Shown: positions 11,148 to 21,145 of the stretch, one piece after another
Numbering within the stretch: position 1 is the first letter of the stretch
Layout: every line of letters begins with the position of its first letter
Origin: Dehalococcoidia bacterium
Lineage (GTDB): Bacteria; Chloroflexota; Dehalococcoidia; UBA2979
Direction of reading: 5' to 3'
Length of the DNA stretch: 64,000 nt
NCBI GenBank assembly: GCA_963692775.1
Contig: OY839116.1
Coordinates: forward strand, 1,542,544 to 1,606,543
Notes under the pieces: generated by a model
The model's database searches: none
What the model was told of the DNA's origin: nothing
Seen by the model: only the letters and a program-made list of their open reading frames with translations
Translations under genes and position numbers: made by a program

Positions 11148-12029
11148 GTGCAGGGCATCGCGATGAACGCATTGCGAGCGCGTCTTGCGCGCTACCTCTT
11201 CAAATCGACCGACCCGAGGCGCACGGGCCTGAGCTGGTGGGACGCCTCGGAGCTGGGGCTCGTCGCGCTCGGGTTCCTGCTCTACTTCCTCGTGCGCGGC
11301 GCGGTGGTGGACCGCACCGCCGACGCCTTCGCGAACGCGCACTGGATCGTGAACCTCCAGTACTCGTGGGGGCTCTTCGTCGAGCCGGCGTTCCAAGCCT
11401 GGGTGCTGGAGTACGAGCTGCTGCGGCGCGCGCTCAACTTCGTCTACTTCTGGATGGACTTCCCGCTGATCGTGGGAGTGGCGCTGGTGATGTTCTGGAA
11501 GCGCCGCAGCGCCTACACGCTGACGCGCGACTCGATCCTGATCTCGGGCGGGATCGCGCTCGTGATCTACTGGCTCTATCCGGTCGCGCCGCCGCGCTTC
11601 CTGAGCGAGTGGGGCTTCATCGACACGCTCGCCGTCTACGACAACCTCTCCTACCAGGCGCAGTCGCTGCAGCCGTTCGTCAATCCCTTCGCGGCGGTGC
11701 CGTCGCTGCACGTCGGGTGGGCGCTGCTGCTTGCCGTCGGCGTGTTCGCGGCGACGCGCAACCCGTGGCTGCGCGGGGCGTCGATCGTCACCTTCGTGCT
11801 GCAATCGGTCGCCGTCGTGGGGACGGGCAACCACTACATCTTCGACGGCCTCGCGGGGCTGGTGGTCTGCGGCGTGGCGCTGGGCCTGACGCTGGCGCTG
11901 CACCGAGGCGGCTACCCGCGGATCCGCTACTGGCTTGGCAAGTGGGCCGGGCTGGTCCCTTCCCGGCCCTCGTTGCCCCGGGCTGCTCGCCCGCGGGCGC
12001 GCGGTCTGCGTCCCGGCGCGCCTTCGTAG
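11148..12029 (+). CDS. PAP2-family integral membrane protein (phosphatase / inositol-phosphoceramide synthase-like)
   Basis: Multi-TM protein with PAP2_3-like conserved SLHVGWALL and HYIFDGLAG motifs. Confidence 0.6.
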   Translation: MQGIAMNALRARLARYLFKSTDPRRTGLSWWDASELGLVALGFLLYFLVRGAVVDRTADAFANAHWIVNLQYSWGLFVEPAFQAWVLEYELLRRALNFVYFWMDFPLIVGVALVMFWKRRSAYTLTRDSILISGGIALVIYWLYPVAPPRFLSEWGFIDTLAVYDNLSYQAQSLQPFVNPFAAVPSLHVGWALLLAVGVFAATRNPWLRGASIVTFVLQSVAVVGTGNHYIFDGLAGLVVCGVALGLTLALHRGGYPRIRYWLGKWAGLVPSRPSLPRAARPRARGLRPGAPS

Positions 12030-12245
12030 GGCTCCGGCCCGAGGGTGCGAGGCCGGAGCGCGCGCATTGCCCCTCGCCGAAACCGCGTGGTAGCGTGTTT
12101 CCGTAGCCGCGGGCGCGAGGATGCGCCAGGCCCGAGGGCAGGCGCCGGAGGGAGCGAGCGGCTATCGCCCGGTCGGGGAAGACCGGAGCGTGTGTGCAGG
12201 CGTGGTGGACATAGCAGCAGAACAGGGACAGACCAGAACCAACGC

Positions 12246-12512
12246 ATGACCTCCGTGGAGCGCAAGCGCGACCTCATTGCCGAGTACCAGACACACGAGG
12301 GAGACACCGGCTCCCCCGAGGTGCAGGTCGCGCTACTCACCGAGCGCATCAACCACCTGACGGATCATCTCCGCACGCATACGCACGACTACGACACGCG
12401 GCGCGGCCTGCTCAAGCTTGTCGGCCAGCGCCGCCGTCAGCTCCGCTACCTCAGCAAGAAGGACGTGGGGCGCTACCGCACGCTGATCGGCAGGCTGGGG
12501 CTGCGCCGCTAG
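12246..12512 (+). CDS. rpsO: 30S ribosomal protein S15
   Basis: 89 aa; [49 protein letters not shown] is canonical S15; ATG at 12246. Confidence 0.9.
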   Translation: MTSVERKRDLIAEYQTHEGDTGSPEVQVALLTERINHLTDHLRTHTHDYDTRRGLLKLVGQRRRQLRYLSKKDVGRYRTLIGRLGLRR

Positions 12513-12686
12513 CGCACCTCGCCACCCTTCCCCGTCCCGGCGCAACCGACTTGCACGCGAGATGCGCGGCGCTCAGGCACGCGCGTCGGAAGAGGACGAG
12601 GGAGCACTACCGATCCAGACAGCAATCCAGCAGCAGCTACGAACGAGCGGGGCGGCCAGATGCGCGCGCACCCGAGGAAGGCGAGC

Positions 12687-15128
12687 ATGACCAGCGCCCA
12701 GCGACTTGAGACCGAAGAACGAACCTTCAGCACGGAGATCGAGGGCAAGCCCTTCACCGTCGGCGTGGGGCTGCTGGCCCTCAATGCCGCCGCCTCCTGC
12801 ACCGTCCGCTACGGCGACACGATGATCCTCGCGACCGTCGCCGAGGACGACGCGCGCGAGGGCATCGACTTCTTCCCCCTGACCATCGACTTCGAGGAGC
12901 GGATGTACGCGATCGGGAAGATTCCCGGCTCGTTCTTCCGCCGCGAGGGGCGGCCCGGCAACGAGGCGATCCTCGCGGCGCGGATGACCGACCGCCCGAT
13001 CCGGCCGCTCTTCCCCAAGGGCTTCCGCCGCGAGATCCAGGTGGTGCTGACCACGCTCTCGGCCGACCGCGAGAACCCCGCCGACGTCTTCGGCACGACG
13101 GCCGCCTCGACGGTGCTGGGCATCTCCAGCATCCCCTTCGAGGGCCCGGTCTCCTCGGTGCGCGTCGCGCGCGTCGAGGGCGAGTTCAAGGCGCTCCCCA
13201 CCTACGAGGAGATCGAGGAGTCCGACCTCGACCTGATCGTCGCCGGCACCGAGGACTCGATCGTGATGATCGAGGCGGGCGCCAGCGAGGTGCCGGAGGC
13301 CGAGGTGATCGAGGCGATCGAGTACGCCCAGGGCGTGATCGCGAAGCTGAACGCGCTGCAGCGCGAGATCCACGAGGCGCTCGGCCAGGAGAAGGCCTCG
13401 TTCGAGCCGCCCGCCCCGGACACGGAGCTGGAGGAGCGCGTCGCCGAGGCGCTCGTCGGCCGCGACGCCGAGATGCTGGCCGCCGTGCAGGGCGAGGGCT
13501 GGCGCGGCGTCGACGCCCTCGGCAAGGAGGTCCATGCGGCGATCGGCGACGACGAGCTCGACGCCCGCACAGTGCGCAACGCCGTCGAGGGCGAGATCAA
13601 GAAGCTCGTGCGGCGGCGCATCCTCGATGACGGCCTGCGCCCCGACGATCGCGAGATCGAGCAGGTGCGAGGGCTGCACTCCTCGGTCGGCCTGCTGCCG
13701 CGCGCGCACGGCAGCGGCCTGTTCCGCCGCGGCGGGACGCAGATCCTGTCGGTGGCCACGCTCGGCCCGCTCGGCGACCGCCAGCGCCTCGACACGCTCG
13801 CGCCGACGCAGTTCAAGCGCTACATGCACCACTACAACTTCCCGCCCTACTCGGTCGGCGAGGCGCGCTTCCTGCGCGGCCCCGGTCGTCGCGAGATCGG
13901 CCACGGCTTGCTCGCCGAGCGAGCGCTGGAGCCGGTGCTCCCGGACAGCGAGGAGTTCCCCTACGCGCTGCGCATCGTCTCCGACGCGCTGATGTCCAAC
14001 GGCTCGACCTCGATGGGTTCGGTCTGCGGCTCGACGCTGGCGTTGATGGACGCCGGCGTGCCGATCACCGCGCCCGTCGCCGGCATCGCGATGGGCCTGA
14101 TCACCGGCGACGGTGACGACTACCGCGTGCTCACGGACATCGCGGGCATCGAAGACGGCCTCGGCGACATGGACTTCAAGGTCGCCGGCACGGAGCGCGG
14201 CGTGACCGCCATCCAGATGGACGTCAAGCTGCAGTCGCTGCCGGACGGGCTGCTCGAGACGGTCTTCGAGCGTGCGCGCGAGGCGCGCATGACGATCCTC
14301 GAGGTGATGCTCGAGGCGATCGCGGAGCCGCGCGACGAGATGTCGCCGTACGCGCCGCGCGTCGAGCGGATCGAGATCGACCGCGAGAAGATCGGGACGG
14401 TGATCGGCCCCGGCGGCCGCGTTATCAACGCCATCCAGGAGGAGACGGGCTCGAACATCACCGTCGAGGACGACGGCACCGTGCTCGTCGCCGGGACGGA
14501 CGCCGAGGGCGTCCGCAAGGCGATCGACACGATCCGCGGGCTGACCAAGGAGATCGAGGTCGGCGAGGTCTACGAGGGCCCCGTCAGCCGGATCATGGCC
14601 TTCGGCGCGTTCGTCGAGATCCTCCCGGGCAAGGACGGCCTGGTGCACATCTCCGATCTCGCCGACTACCACGTCAACCGTGTCGAGGACGAGGTCTCCG
14701 AGGGCGACGTGCTGCGCGTCCAGGTGATCGAGATCGACAACCTCGGGCGCATCAACCTCACGCGTCTGCAGGAGGGCGACGACGGCAGCGAGCGCGTCGG
14801 CCTTGCCGACGGCGCCGACGAGCCGGAGCGCGAGCCCGCCTTCGCCGGCGGCCGCGGCCGCGGCGGCGGAGGTGGCGGAGGTGGCCGAGGCGGCCCGGGC
14901 GGCGGCCGCGGTCGTGACGGCGGAGGCCGTGGCGGCAACCGCGGCGGCGAGGGTCGCGGCGGTCGTGGTGGCCGCGGCGGCGGCGGACGCGGCCGTGACG
15001 GCGGAGGTCGCGGCGGTTCCGGCGGCGGACGCGGTCGTGATGGCGGCGGCGGAGGCCGTGGTCGTGACGGCGGAGGCCGCGACGGCGGTAGCCGCGGTGG
15101 AGGCGGAGGCGGCGGTCGCCGCTGGTAG
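12687..15128 (+). CDS. pnp: polynucleotide phosphorylase with about 95 aa C-terminal RGG/GGR-rich tail
   Basis: Two RNase PH domains, KH (IGPGGRVINAIQEETG) and S1 domain, followed by a long Arg/Gly low-complexity extension; ATG 12687 with GGAAGG RBS. Confidence 0.9.
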   Translation: MTSAQRLETEERTFSTEIEGKPFTVGVGLLALNAAASCTVRYGDTMILATVAEDDAREGIDFFPLTIDFEERMYAIGKIPGSFFRREGRPGNEAILAARMTDRPIRPLFPKGFRREIQVVLTTLSADRENPADVFGTTAASTVLGISSIPFEGPVSSVRVARVEGEFKALPTYEEIEESDLDLIVAGTEDSIVMIEAGASEVPEAEVIEAIEYAQGVIAKLNALQREIHEALGQEKASFEPPAPDTELEERVAEALVGRDAEMLAAVQGEGWRGVDALGKEVHAAIGDDELDARTVRNAVEGEIKKLVRRRILDDGLRPDDREIEQVRGLHSSVGLLPRAHGSGLFRRGGTQILSVATLGPLGDRQRLDTLAPTQFKRYMHHYNFPPYSVGEARFLRGPGRREIGHGLLAERALEPVLPDSEEFPYALRIVSDALMSNGSTSMGSVCGSTLALMDAGVPITAPVAGIAMGLITGDGDDYRVLTDIAGIEDGLGDMDFKVAGTERGVTAIQMDVKLQSLPDGLLETVFERAREARMTILEVMLEAIAEPRDEMSPYAPRVERIEIDREKIGTVIGPGGRVINAIQEETGSNITVEDDGTVLVAGTDAEGVRKAIDTIRGLTKEIEVGEVYEGPVSRIMAFGAFVEILPGKDGLVHISDLADYHVNRVEDEVSEGDVLRVQVIEIDNLGRINLTRLQEGDDGSERVGLADGADEPEREPAFAGGRGRGGGGGGGGRGGPGGGRGRDGGGRGGNRGGEGRGGRGGRGGGGRGRDGGGRGGSGGGRGRDGGGGGRGRDGGGRDGGSRGGGGGGGRRW
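14815..15125 (+). repeat. coding tandem low-complexity repeat (GGC/CGC-rich) encoding the PNPase RGG tail
   Basis: Reiterated ggcggaggccgtggc / cgcggcggc units seen directly. Confidence 0.7.
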
Positions 15129-15156
15129 ACCGAGGCCCTGAACTGAGTCGCTACAC

Positions 15157-15182
15157 TTGCGCCCCGCCCCGGCAGGCGGGGC
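15157..15182 (+). terminator. hairpin GCGCCCCGCC-ccggca-GGCGGGGCGC downstream of pnp
   Basis: Perfect 10-bp GC stem just after the pnp stop, followed by agtcgtt; probable intrinsic terminator or attenuator before dapB. Confidence 0.5.
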
Positions 15183-15222
15183 GCAGTCGTTGCGGGCGCG
15201 CGGCGCGGACAGGGGGCAGGCG

Positions 15223-16014
15223 ATGATCCGGGCAGTGGTCAGCGGAAGCGGCAACATGGGCGCGCAGGTCCTCGCCACGCTCGAGGCAGCCGGGGACCTC
15301 GAGCCTGTCGGCGTCATCGAACCGCTCGCGACGGAGGCGGGGGAGCTCGAGGCGGCGAGCGGGGCGACGTACCCGCTGGCGGCCGATCCGGGCGCGCTGC
15401 TCGGCGAGCTGAGTCCGGACGTGGTGGTCGACTTCACGAACGCGGCGTTCACGCCGACGCTCGCCGAGGCCTGCCTCGCGCACGGCGTGCGCCCGGTGAT
15501 CGGCACCTCGGGCCAGCCGGACGACTTCGTCGCGACGCTGCGCGAGCGGCTCGCGGAGCGCGGCCTCGGCGGCGTGGTCGCGCCCAACTTCGCGCTCGGC
15601 GCGGTGGTGCTGATGCACCTCGCGACGCTCGCCGCGCCGCACTTCGACGCCGTCGAGGTGATTGAGCTGCACCACGACGGCAAGGTCGACTCGCCATCCG
15701 GCACGGCCGTCGCGACCGCGCAGTTGATGCGCGAGGCGCGAGGCAGCGACTTCACGCACCGCACGTCGGACCTCGAGGCGGTCGAGGGCGCGCGCGGCGC
15801 CGAGCTGGGCGGCGTCGCGCTGCACTCGGTGCGGCTGCCGGGACTGGTGGCGCACCAGGAGGTGATCTTCGGCGGGACGGGCCAGACGCTGACGCTGCGC
15901 CACGACTCGACGGGCCGCGACTCGTTCATGCCGGGCGTGCTGCTCGCCGTCCGCGAGGTGATGCAGCGCGAAAGCCTCGTCTACGGCCTCGACGTGCTGA
16001 TCGGGCTGGGTTAG
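15223..16014 (+). CDS. dapB: 4-hydroxy-tetrahydrodipicolinate reductase
   Basis: N-terminal Rossmann VVSGSGNMG, DapB core EVIELHHDGKVDSPSGTA. Confidence 0.9.
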   Translation: MIRAVVSGSGNMGAQVLATLEAAGDLEPVGVIEPLATEAGELEAASGATYPLAADPGALLGELSPDVVVDFTNAAFTPTLAEACLAHGVRPVIGTSGQPDDFVATLRERLAERGLGGVVAPNFALGAVVLMHLATLAAPHFDAVEVIELHHDGKVDSPSGTAVATAQLMREARGSDFTHRTSDLEAVEGARGAELGGVALHSVRLPGLVAHQEVIFGGTGQTLTLRHDSTGRDSFMPGVLLAVREVMQRESLVYGLDVLIGLG

Positions 16015-16017
16015 GGC

Positions 16018-16194
16018 TCAGTCTTGTGGCAGCGTTGTCGCCGCCGGAGGCGCTGGCACGGGAGACTCGCTTGTCGTGCGGGCTGCCTCGAACCGCTCAA
16101 GGACGCGATCCGCGGCTTGCACGACTTCCTCAAAGGGGATGCGTCCTTCTGAGTACGCGCGGTAGAGGTCGCGAATGCGTGGCTCATCAGGCAT
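16018..16194 (-). CDS. small hypothetical protein (58 aa), translationally coupled to the upstream gene
   Basis: Not in the ORF track (<60 aa). ATGCCTGA overlap with the stop of the 113-aa gene; reads MPDEPRIRDLYRAYSEGRIPFEEVVQAADRVLERFEAARTTSESPVPAPPAATTLPQD; ends 3 bp from the dapB stop. Confidence 0.4.
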   Translation of the reverse strand: MPDEPRIRDLYRAYSEGRIPFEEVVQAADRVLERFEAARTTSESPVPAPPAATTLPQD

Positions 16195-16528
16195 GTGCGG
16201 GTTCCCTCAACGAGATGCGGATGTTCGGTTCGTACCACATTGCCCAGAACCAGTGACGGGGCTCGAGTTCGTGCACCGGACCGGGCTCGACGCCTGCCGC
16301 CGAAACAGCGAGCGAGCGCAATGGCAGGGAGTCGGCCTCCGAGAGATCCTCGATGAGCCAGGCTGTTGCAACATTCGTCCGCGCATGCTCGTACCCGCAG
16401 TCCAGTTCGTGCGCGGAGGCGTACTTGCAGACATCGCAGATTTCGACGATCGGCTCGGAGTGGAACTCAATCACGCCCGGACGTGTCCTTCTGCCCAGAA
16501 TGGCACCATTGTGCGCACACCTTAGCAC
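16187..16528 (-). CDS. hypothetical protein (113 aa, CxxC...C and Trp-rich C-terminus)
   Basis: Minus-strand frame has much stronger GC3 bias than the overlapping plus-strand ORF 16175..16525; lower-GC segment inserted between dapB and asd; GTG start. Confidence 0.5.
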   Translation of the reverse strand: MLRCAHNGAILGRRTRPGVIEFHSEPIVEICDVCKYASAHELDCGYEHARTNVATAWLIEDLSEADSLPLRSLAVSAAGVEPGPVHELEPRHWFWAMWYEPNIRISLREPAHA

Positions 16529-16623
16529 ATCGCACGGTGCATCGGTGGTTCACGTGTCGAGTCCCGCAGCCGGGCACGCCGCCGCCGTCGCACAGCGCGC
16601 CCGCCACGCGATATGATCGGGGC

Positions 16624-17664
<1,041 letters not shown>

Positions 17665-17722
17665 CGGACCGGCAGGGGGCGAGTTGCGCCCACCATCAGG
17701 CAGAGCTCGGCGGAGGTGTGCC

Positions 17723-18619
17723 ATGACGAACGAGATCGGACGCGTGCTCACGGCCATGGTGACGCCCTTCAACGCGGACGGCGTCGACGAGGAGGCGCTG
17801 GGCCGCCTCGCGCGGGCGCTGCTCGCCTCCGGCTCGGACGGCCTCGTGATCACCGGCACCACGGGCGAGGCGCCCTCGCTGAGCATGGAGGAGCAGGTCG
17901 CCGTCTGGCGCGCGGTGCGCGCCGCGGTCGGGCCGGACGCCGGCCTCGTCGCCGGCGCCTCGACGAACTCGACGGGCGAGTCGCTGGAGCTGGTGACGCA
18001 GGGCGCGGACGCCGGCATGGACGCGCTGATGCTGACCGTGCCGTACTACAACAAGCCGCCGCAGGAGGGCCTGGTGCGTCACTTCACGACGCTCGCCGAG
18101 GCGACGCCGCTGCCCTGCATCCTCTACAACGTGCCCTCGCGCACCTCGCTCAACATGGCCGCCGAGACGACGCTGCGGCTGGCCGCCGTGCCGAACATCG
18201 TGGGCGTGAAGGAGGCGTCGGGCGACTTCGCCCAGATCGCCGCCATCCTCGACGGCGCGCCCGAGGGCTTCCGCATGTGGTCGGGCAACGACGGCGACAC
18301 GGCGCAGCTGGTCGCGATGGGCGGCTACGGCGTGATCTCGGTCGCCTCGCACCTGATCGGCGACCAGATCAAGCAGATGGTCACGGCCGCGGCGGACGGC
18401 CGCCAGGACGGCGCGCAGGCGCTGCACGAGCGGCTGCTGCCGCTGATGGACATCCTCTTCATCGAGTCGAACCCGATCCCGGTAAAGTTCGCGCTCAACG
18501 AGGTGGGCGTGACCGCCGGCGAGCTGCGGCTGCCGCTGATCCCGCCCTCGGAGGCCTCGCAGGCCGCGATCCGCGCCGAGCTGGCGAAGCACCGCATCGA
18601 CGTGACGGCGGCGGTGTAG
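17723..18619 (+). CDS. dapA: 4-hydroxy-tetrahydrodipicolinate synthase
   Basis: DapA signatures VTPFNADGVDEEAL, GLVITGTTGE, YYNKPPQEG, VGVKEASGD (Schiff-base Lys). Confidence 0.9.
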   Translation: MTNEIGRVLTAMVTPFNADGVDEEALGRLARALLASGSDGLVITGTTGEAPSLSMEEQVAVWRAVRAAVGPDAGLVAGASTNSTGESLELVTQGADAGMDALMLTVPYYNKPPQEGLVRHFTTLAEATPLPCILYNVPSRTSLNMAAETTLRLAAVPNIVGVKEASGDFAQIAAILDGAPEGFRMWSGNDGDTAQLVAMGGYGVISVASHLIGDQIKQMVTAAADGRQDGAQALHERLLPLMDILFIESNPIPVKFALNEVGVTAGELRLPLIPPSEASQAAIRAELAKHRIDVTAAV

Positions 18620-18638
18620 GCCGCGCTACGGGCGCGGC
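18620..18638 (+). terminator. hairpin GCCGCGC-tacgg-GCGCGGC immediately after the dapA stop
   Basis: 7-bp GC stem with 5-nt loop followed by gtgtt. Confidence 0.4.
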
Positions 18639-18670
18639 GTGTTAACCTCGGGGCGGGGACGGGAATAGGC

Positions 18671-19300
18671 ATGCTCGATCGAGAGAAGTTCGACCGGGTC
18701 TTGGCGGCGGTGGAGGGTCTCGTAGTTGCGAATGAGTGCTTTGTGCTGCTCCGGCCACCGTTTGGCGCGGCGCTCGAGGTTCGCAACCGCGCCCCAATCG
18801 AGGCACTGACTGAGCATGGGATCACCCTGGCGGAGCGCGAGGAAGGGGTCGATGACATCACGATGCTGATGTGGGCGGCCTTGCTCGATCGTGTCGATGA
18901 GTTCATCGGGCACAGGGTGTCCGAGGACGAGGCGGGGGATTCGGAAGAATGGCAGAGTCGGGCTGAGGCCGTCACGCAAGGGCTGGTCGACGACGGACTG
19001 CGGAGCCGGTATCGCTTGAAGCGACTGTCGAAGGCTCCCGCCTTCACGGATATCGACTGGGACGTCAAGGTGAAGGTTGACGACGCTGGCGAGTCGGATC
19101 TCCAGCCGTTTCCCTATGTGACGGTCAAGCTGAAGTTCCAGCGTGACTTCGGCGACGAGCCGTTCTGGCTGGGAGGCACAACCGTGGACTCTGTGCAGGT
19201 CAACTTCAGCACCGAGGAGTTGGAGTACGTGATCCACTCGCTCCAGCGGTCAAGGGAAGCGATCGTTCGAGTTGGAGAGAAGCTCTCCACATGGCGTTAG
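18671..19300 (+). CDS. hypothetical acidic cytoplasmic protein (209 aa), first gene of a low-GC three-gene cassette
   Basis: ATG preceded by GGGA; about 60% GC versus more than 70% in flanks; no recognisable family motif. Confidence 0.55.
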   Translation: MLDREKFDRVLAAVEGLVVANECFVLLRPPFGAALEVRNRAPIEALTEHGITLAEREEGVDDITMLMWAALLDRVDEFIGHRVSEDEAGDSEEWQSRAEAVTQGLVDDGLRSRYRLKRLSKAPAFTDIDWDVKVKVDDAGESDLQPFPYVTVKLKFQRDFGDEPFWLGGTTVDSVQVNFSTEELEYVIHSLQRSREAIVRVGEKLSTWR

Positions 19301-19716
19301 ACCCGCTCCGATCGCCCCCGGTGCCGATGCCGCCTGCTGTTGGCTGGCGGAAGCTGGAGCCGGACCACCTAGGGCTGTCGGGGGCCTTGCTCGGCAGTAG
19401 CTCGCGACTGCGGTTCCGCTATGAGGCGAACCGCGCGACGGCAGCGCGTCCCGATCCGCAGAGGATACTCAAGCACGGCGCATCGGTGTTCTTTGTCGGA
19501 CTCGTTCTCGCCCTCGGCGCTGCCTTGGTGAGCGTCGCGCTTGGGTTCGTGATTGCGTACTGCGCGACCGGCTTACTCCTGTTGTCCTTCCTTGGTTACT
19601 GGCGCGAAACGGGGCGACCCATCATCGACCCGGGTCGGCTGCTTGTGATGCTGTCGTTCACAGCCGTACTTGCGATCACTTCGGGTGTCGCGGCAGTGGT
19701 ACATCTTCTCGGCTGA
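19291..19716 (+). CDS. hypothetical membrane protein (141 aa, about 3 TM)
   Basis: 10-bp ATGGCGTTAG overlap with the previous gene; hydrophobic helices VFFVGLVLALGAALVSVALGFVIAY and LLVMLSFTAVLAITSGVAAVV. Confidence 0.5.
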   Translation: MALDPLRSPPVPMPPAVGWRKLEPDHLGLSGALLGSSSRLRFRYEANRATAARPDPQRILKHGASVFFVGLVLALGAALVSVALGFVIAYCATGLLLLSFLGYWRETGRPIIDPGRLLVMLSFTAVLAITSGVAAVVHLLG

Positions 19717-19725
19717 CGCGCGTAG

Positions 19726-20052
19726 ATGGATCGTTTCAACACCGCGATCGATGGCTTGACCGCACTCATCCACGCCGCTGTGGATGCTGAGTTCGGGACG
19801 GTGATGGGATTGGTGAACTTTGGGCTGATCCTTGTCGTTTTCCTCGCATACATGAGCGGACGCGCAACTGGCCGTCTCTGGTACTTGGTGATGTGGGTGC
19901 TGGATCGCTGGTGGGGCCCTGCGCCCGATCCACCGCGCACGCCTGCACCGATGCCGTCGTTGACGAAGCTGTTGCAGGATACAGTCGGCTTCTTTCTTTT
20001 CTGTGTCGTGACCGTTAGCATCAGCGCCACGGTCCTGAACCTGTCCGTCTAG
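19726..20052 (+). CDS. hypothetical small membrane protein (108 aa, about 3 TM)
   Basis: Starts 10 bp after the previous stop; TM segments GLVNFGLILVVFLAYM and FFLFCVVTVSISATVL. Confidence 0.5.
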   Translation: MDRFNTAIDGLTALIHAAVDAEFGTVMGLVNFGLILVVFLAYMSGRATGRLWYLVMWVLDRWWGPAPDPPRTPAPMPSLTKLLQDTVGFFLFCVVTVSISATVLNLSV

Positions 20053-20080
20053 GAAATTTGAGGTTTCGGCAGCCCCGTCG

Positions 20081-20593
20081 CTACCTCGCATCGCGCTCCA
20101 CCACCCACGCCGCCCAGCGCTCGCGCAGCGCGCGGCGGGCGCGGTCGTAGCCGATGCGGTCGCCGTAGTAGCCGCCGAGGAAGCCCGCCAGCCCGCGCCC
20201 GCCGACGAGCAGCACGACGGCGTAGACGACCGTCGCCCAGATCAGGTTGGCGCGCAGGAACGGGACGCCGAGGACCAGCGCCAGCCCGGCGAGGACGGCG
20301 ATGATCAGCCCCGCGTAGGCGAAGGCGTTCACGATCCGGCTCTCGGTCTGCCGCTGGGCGCGCAGCATCTCGATGATCTCCGCGGGCACGGAGTCCACGG
20401 GCGCGCGCTCTCCGGTGTCCGTGGCGCAGTGCGGGCAGACTCGGGTCTCGCCGCCGAGCGGGTGGTAGCAGTGGCCGCAGAAGCGCCCGGCGTTCGGTGA
20501 CTCGCCGCGCGTGACGGCGACGAGCAACTCCTCGAGGCGCTCGCTGAACAGCGGGCAGTCGTCGTCCGGCCGGTAGCGCTGCTCCTCGCTCAC
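20081..20593 (-). CDS. zinc-ribbon domain membrane protein
   Basis: CxxC...CxxC ribbon (CPLF...CGHCYHPLGGETRVCPHC) followed by two TM helices; GTG start overlaps the mug stop (GTGA). Confidence 0.55.
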   Translation of the reverse strand: MSEEQRYRPDDDCPLFSERLEELLVAVTRGESPNAGRFCGHCYHPLGGETRVCPHCATDTGERAPVDSVPAEIIEMLRAQRQTESRIVNAFAYAGLIIAVLAGLALVLGVPFLRANLIWATVVYAVVLLVGGRGLAGFLGGYYGDRIGYDRARRALRERWAAWVVERDAR

Positions 20594-21141
20594 GGCGCGA
20601 CTCGCCCGAGTGCGACCGCCAGCTCGCGCAGCACGCGGTGTGTCTCGCCGCGGTAGCCGGCGGCCCGGCCGGACGTCGAGGGCATCACCCACGCCTCGGC
20701 GCCCGCGACCTGCACGGGCTGGCGGCCCCACGTGCCCGAGGGCCGCACGCGCGGGTGCAGCACGTCGAAGGCGCGCGTCGTCGTGAAGCAGACCGCCCGC
20801 GGCGAGGCGTAGGCGATGCGGCGGCGGAAGGCCGGGGCCGAGGCGCGCAGCTCCGCGTCGCCGACGCCGGTGCTGTCGGTCTGCACGCGCTTCACGACAT
20901 CGGTGAAACCGATGCCGTGGTCGGCGGGCAGGCGGCGGTCGTCCTCGGGGCCGACGGGTTCGGGCACGAGGCCGCTCGCCGAGAGGGCGGACCAGAAGGC
21001 GTTGCCGGGGTGGCCGTAGTAGTGGCCGAGCCGCGCCGAGCGCTCGCCGGGGTTGATGCCGACGAAGACGAGGTCGAGGCCGGGGCGCAGCAGGTCGGGC
21101 AGCGTGCGCAGGCGTCCGGGAGCCTCGGCGGACGCGCTCAC
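20590..21141 (-). CDS. mug: G/U mismatch-specific uracil-DNA glycosylase (Mug/TDG family)
   Basis: DLVFVGINPGERSARLGHYYGHPGNAFW matches the Mug active-site GINPG and HP.N.FW region; GTG start at 21141. Confidence 0.75.
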   Translation of the reverse strand: MSASAEAPGRLRTLPDLLRPGLDLVFVGINPGERSARLGHYYGHPGNAFWSALSASGLVPEPVGPEDDRRLPADHGIGFTDVVKRVQTDSTGVGDAELRASAPAFRRRIAYASPRAVCFTTTRAFDVLHPRVRPSGTWGRQPVQVAGAEAWVMPSTSGRAAGYRGETHRVLRELAVALGRVAP

Positions 21142-21145
21142 GCTG

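Noticed and set aside
16175-16525. Plus-strand ORF (116 aa) overlapping the minus-strand 113-aa gene between dapB and asd
   Set aside because: GC3 codon bias is clearly better on the minus strand, and the minus-strand gene is translationally coupled to a downstream small ORF; the plus-strand translation is Arg/Cys/Pro-rich and not protein-like.
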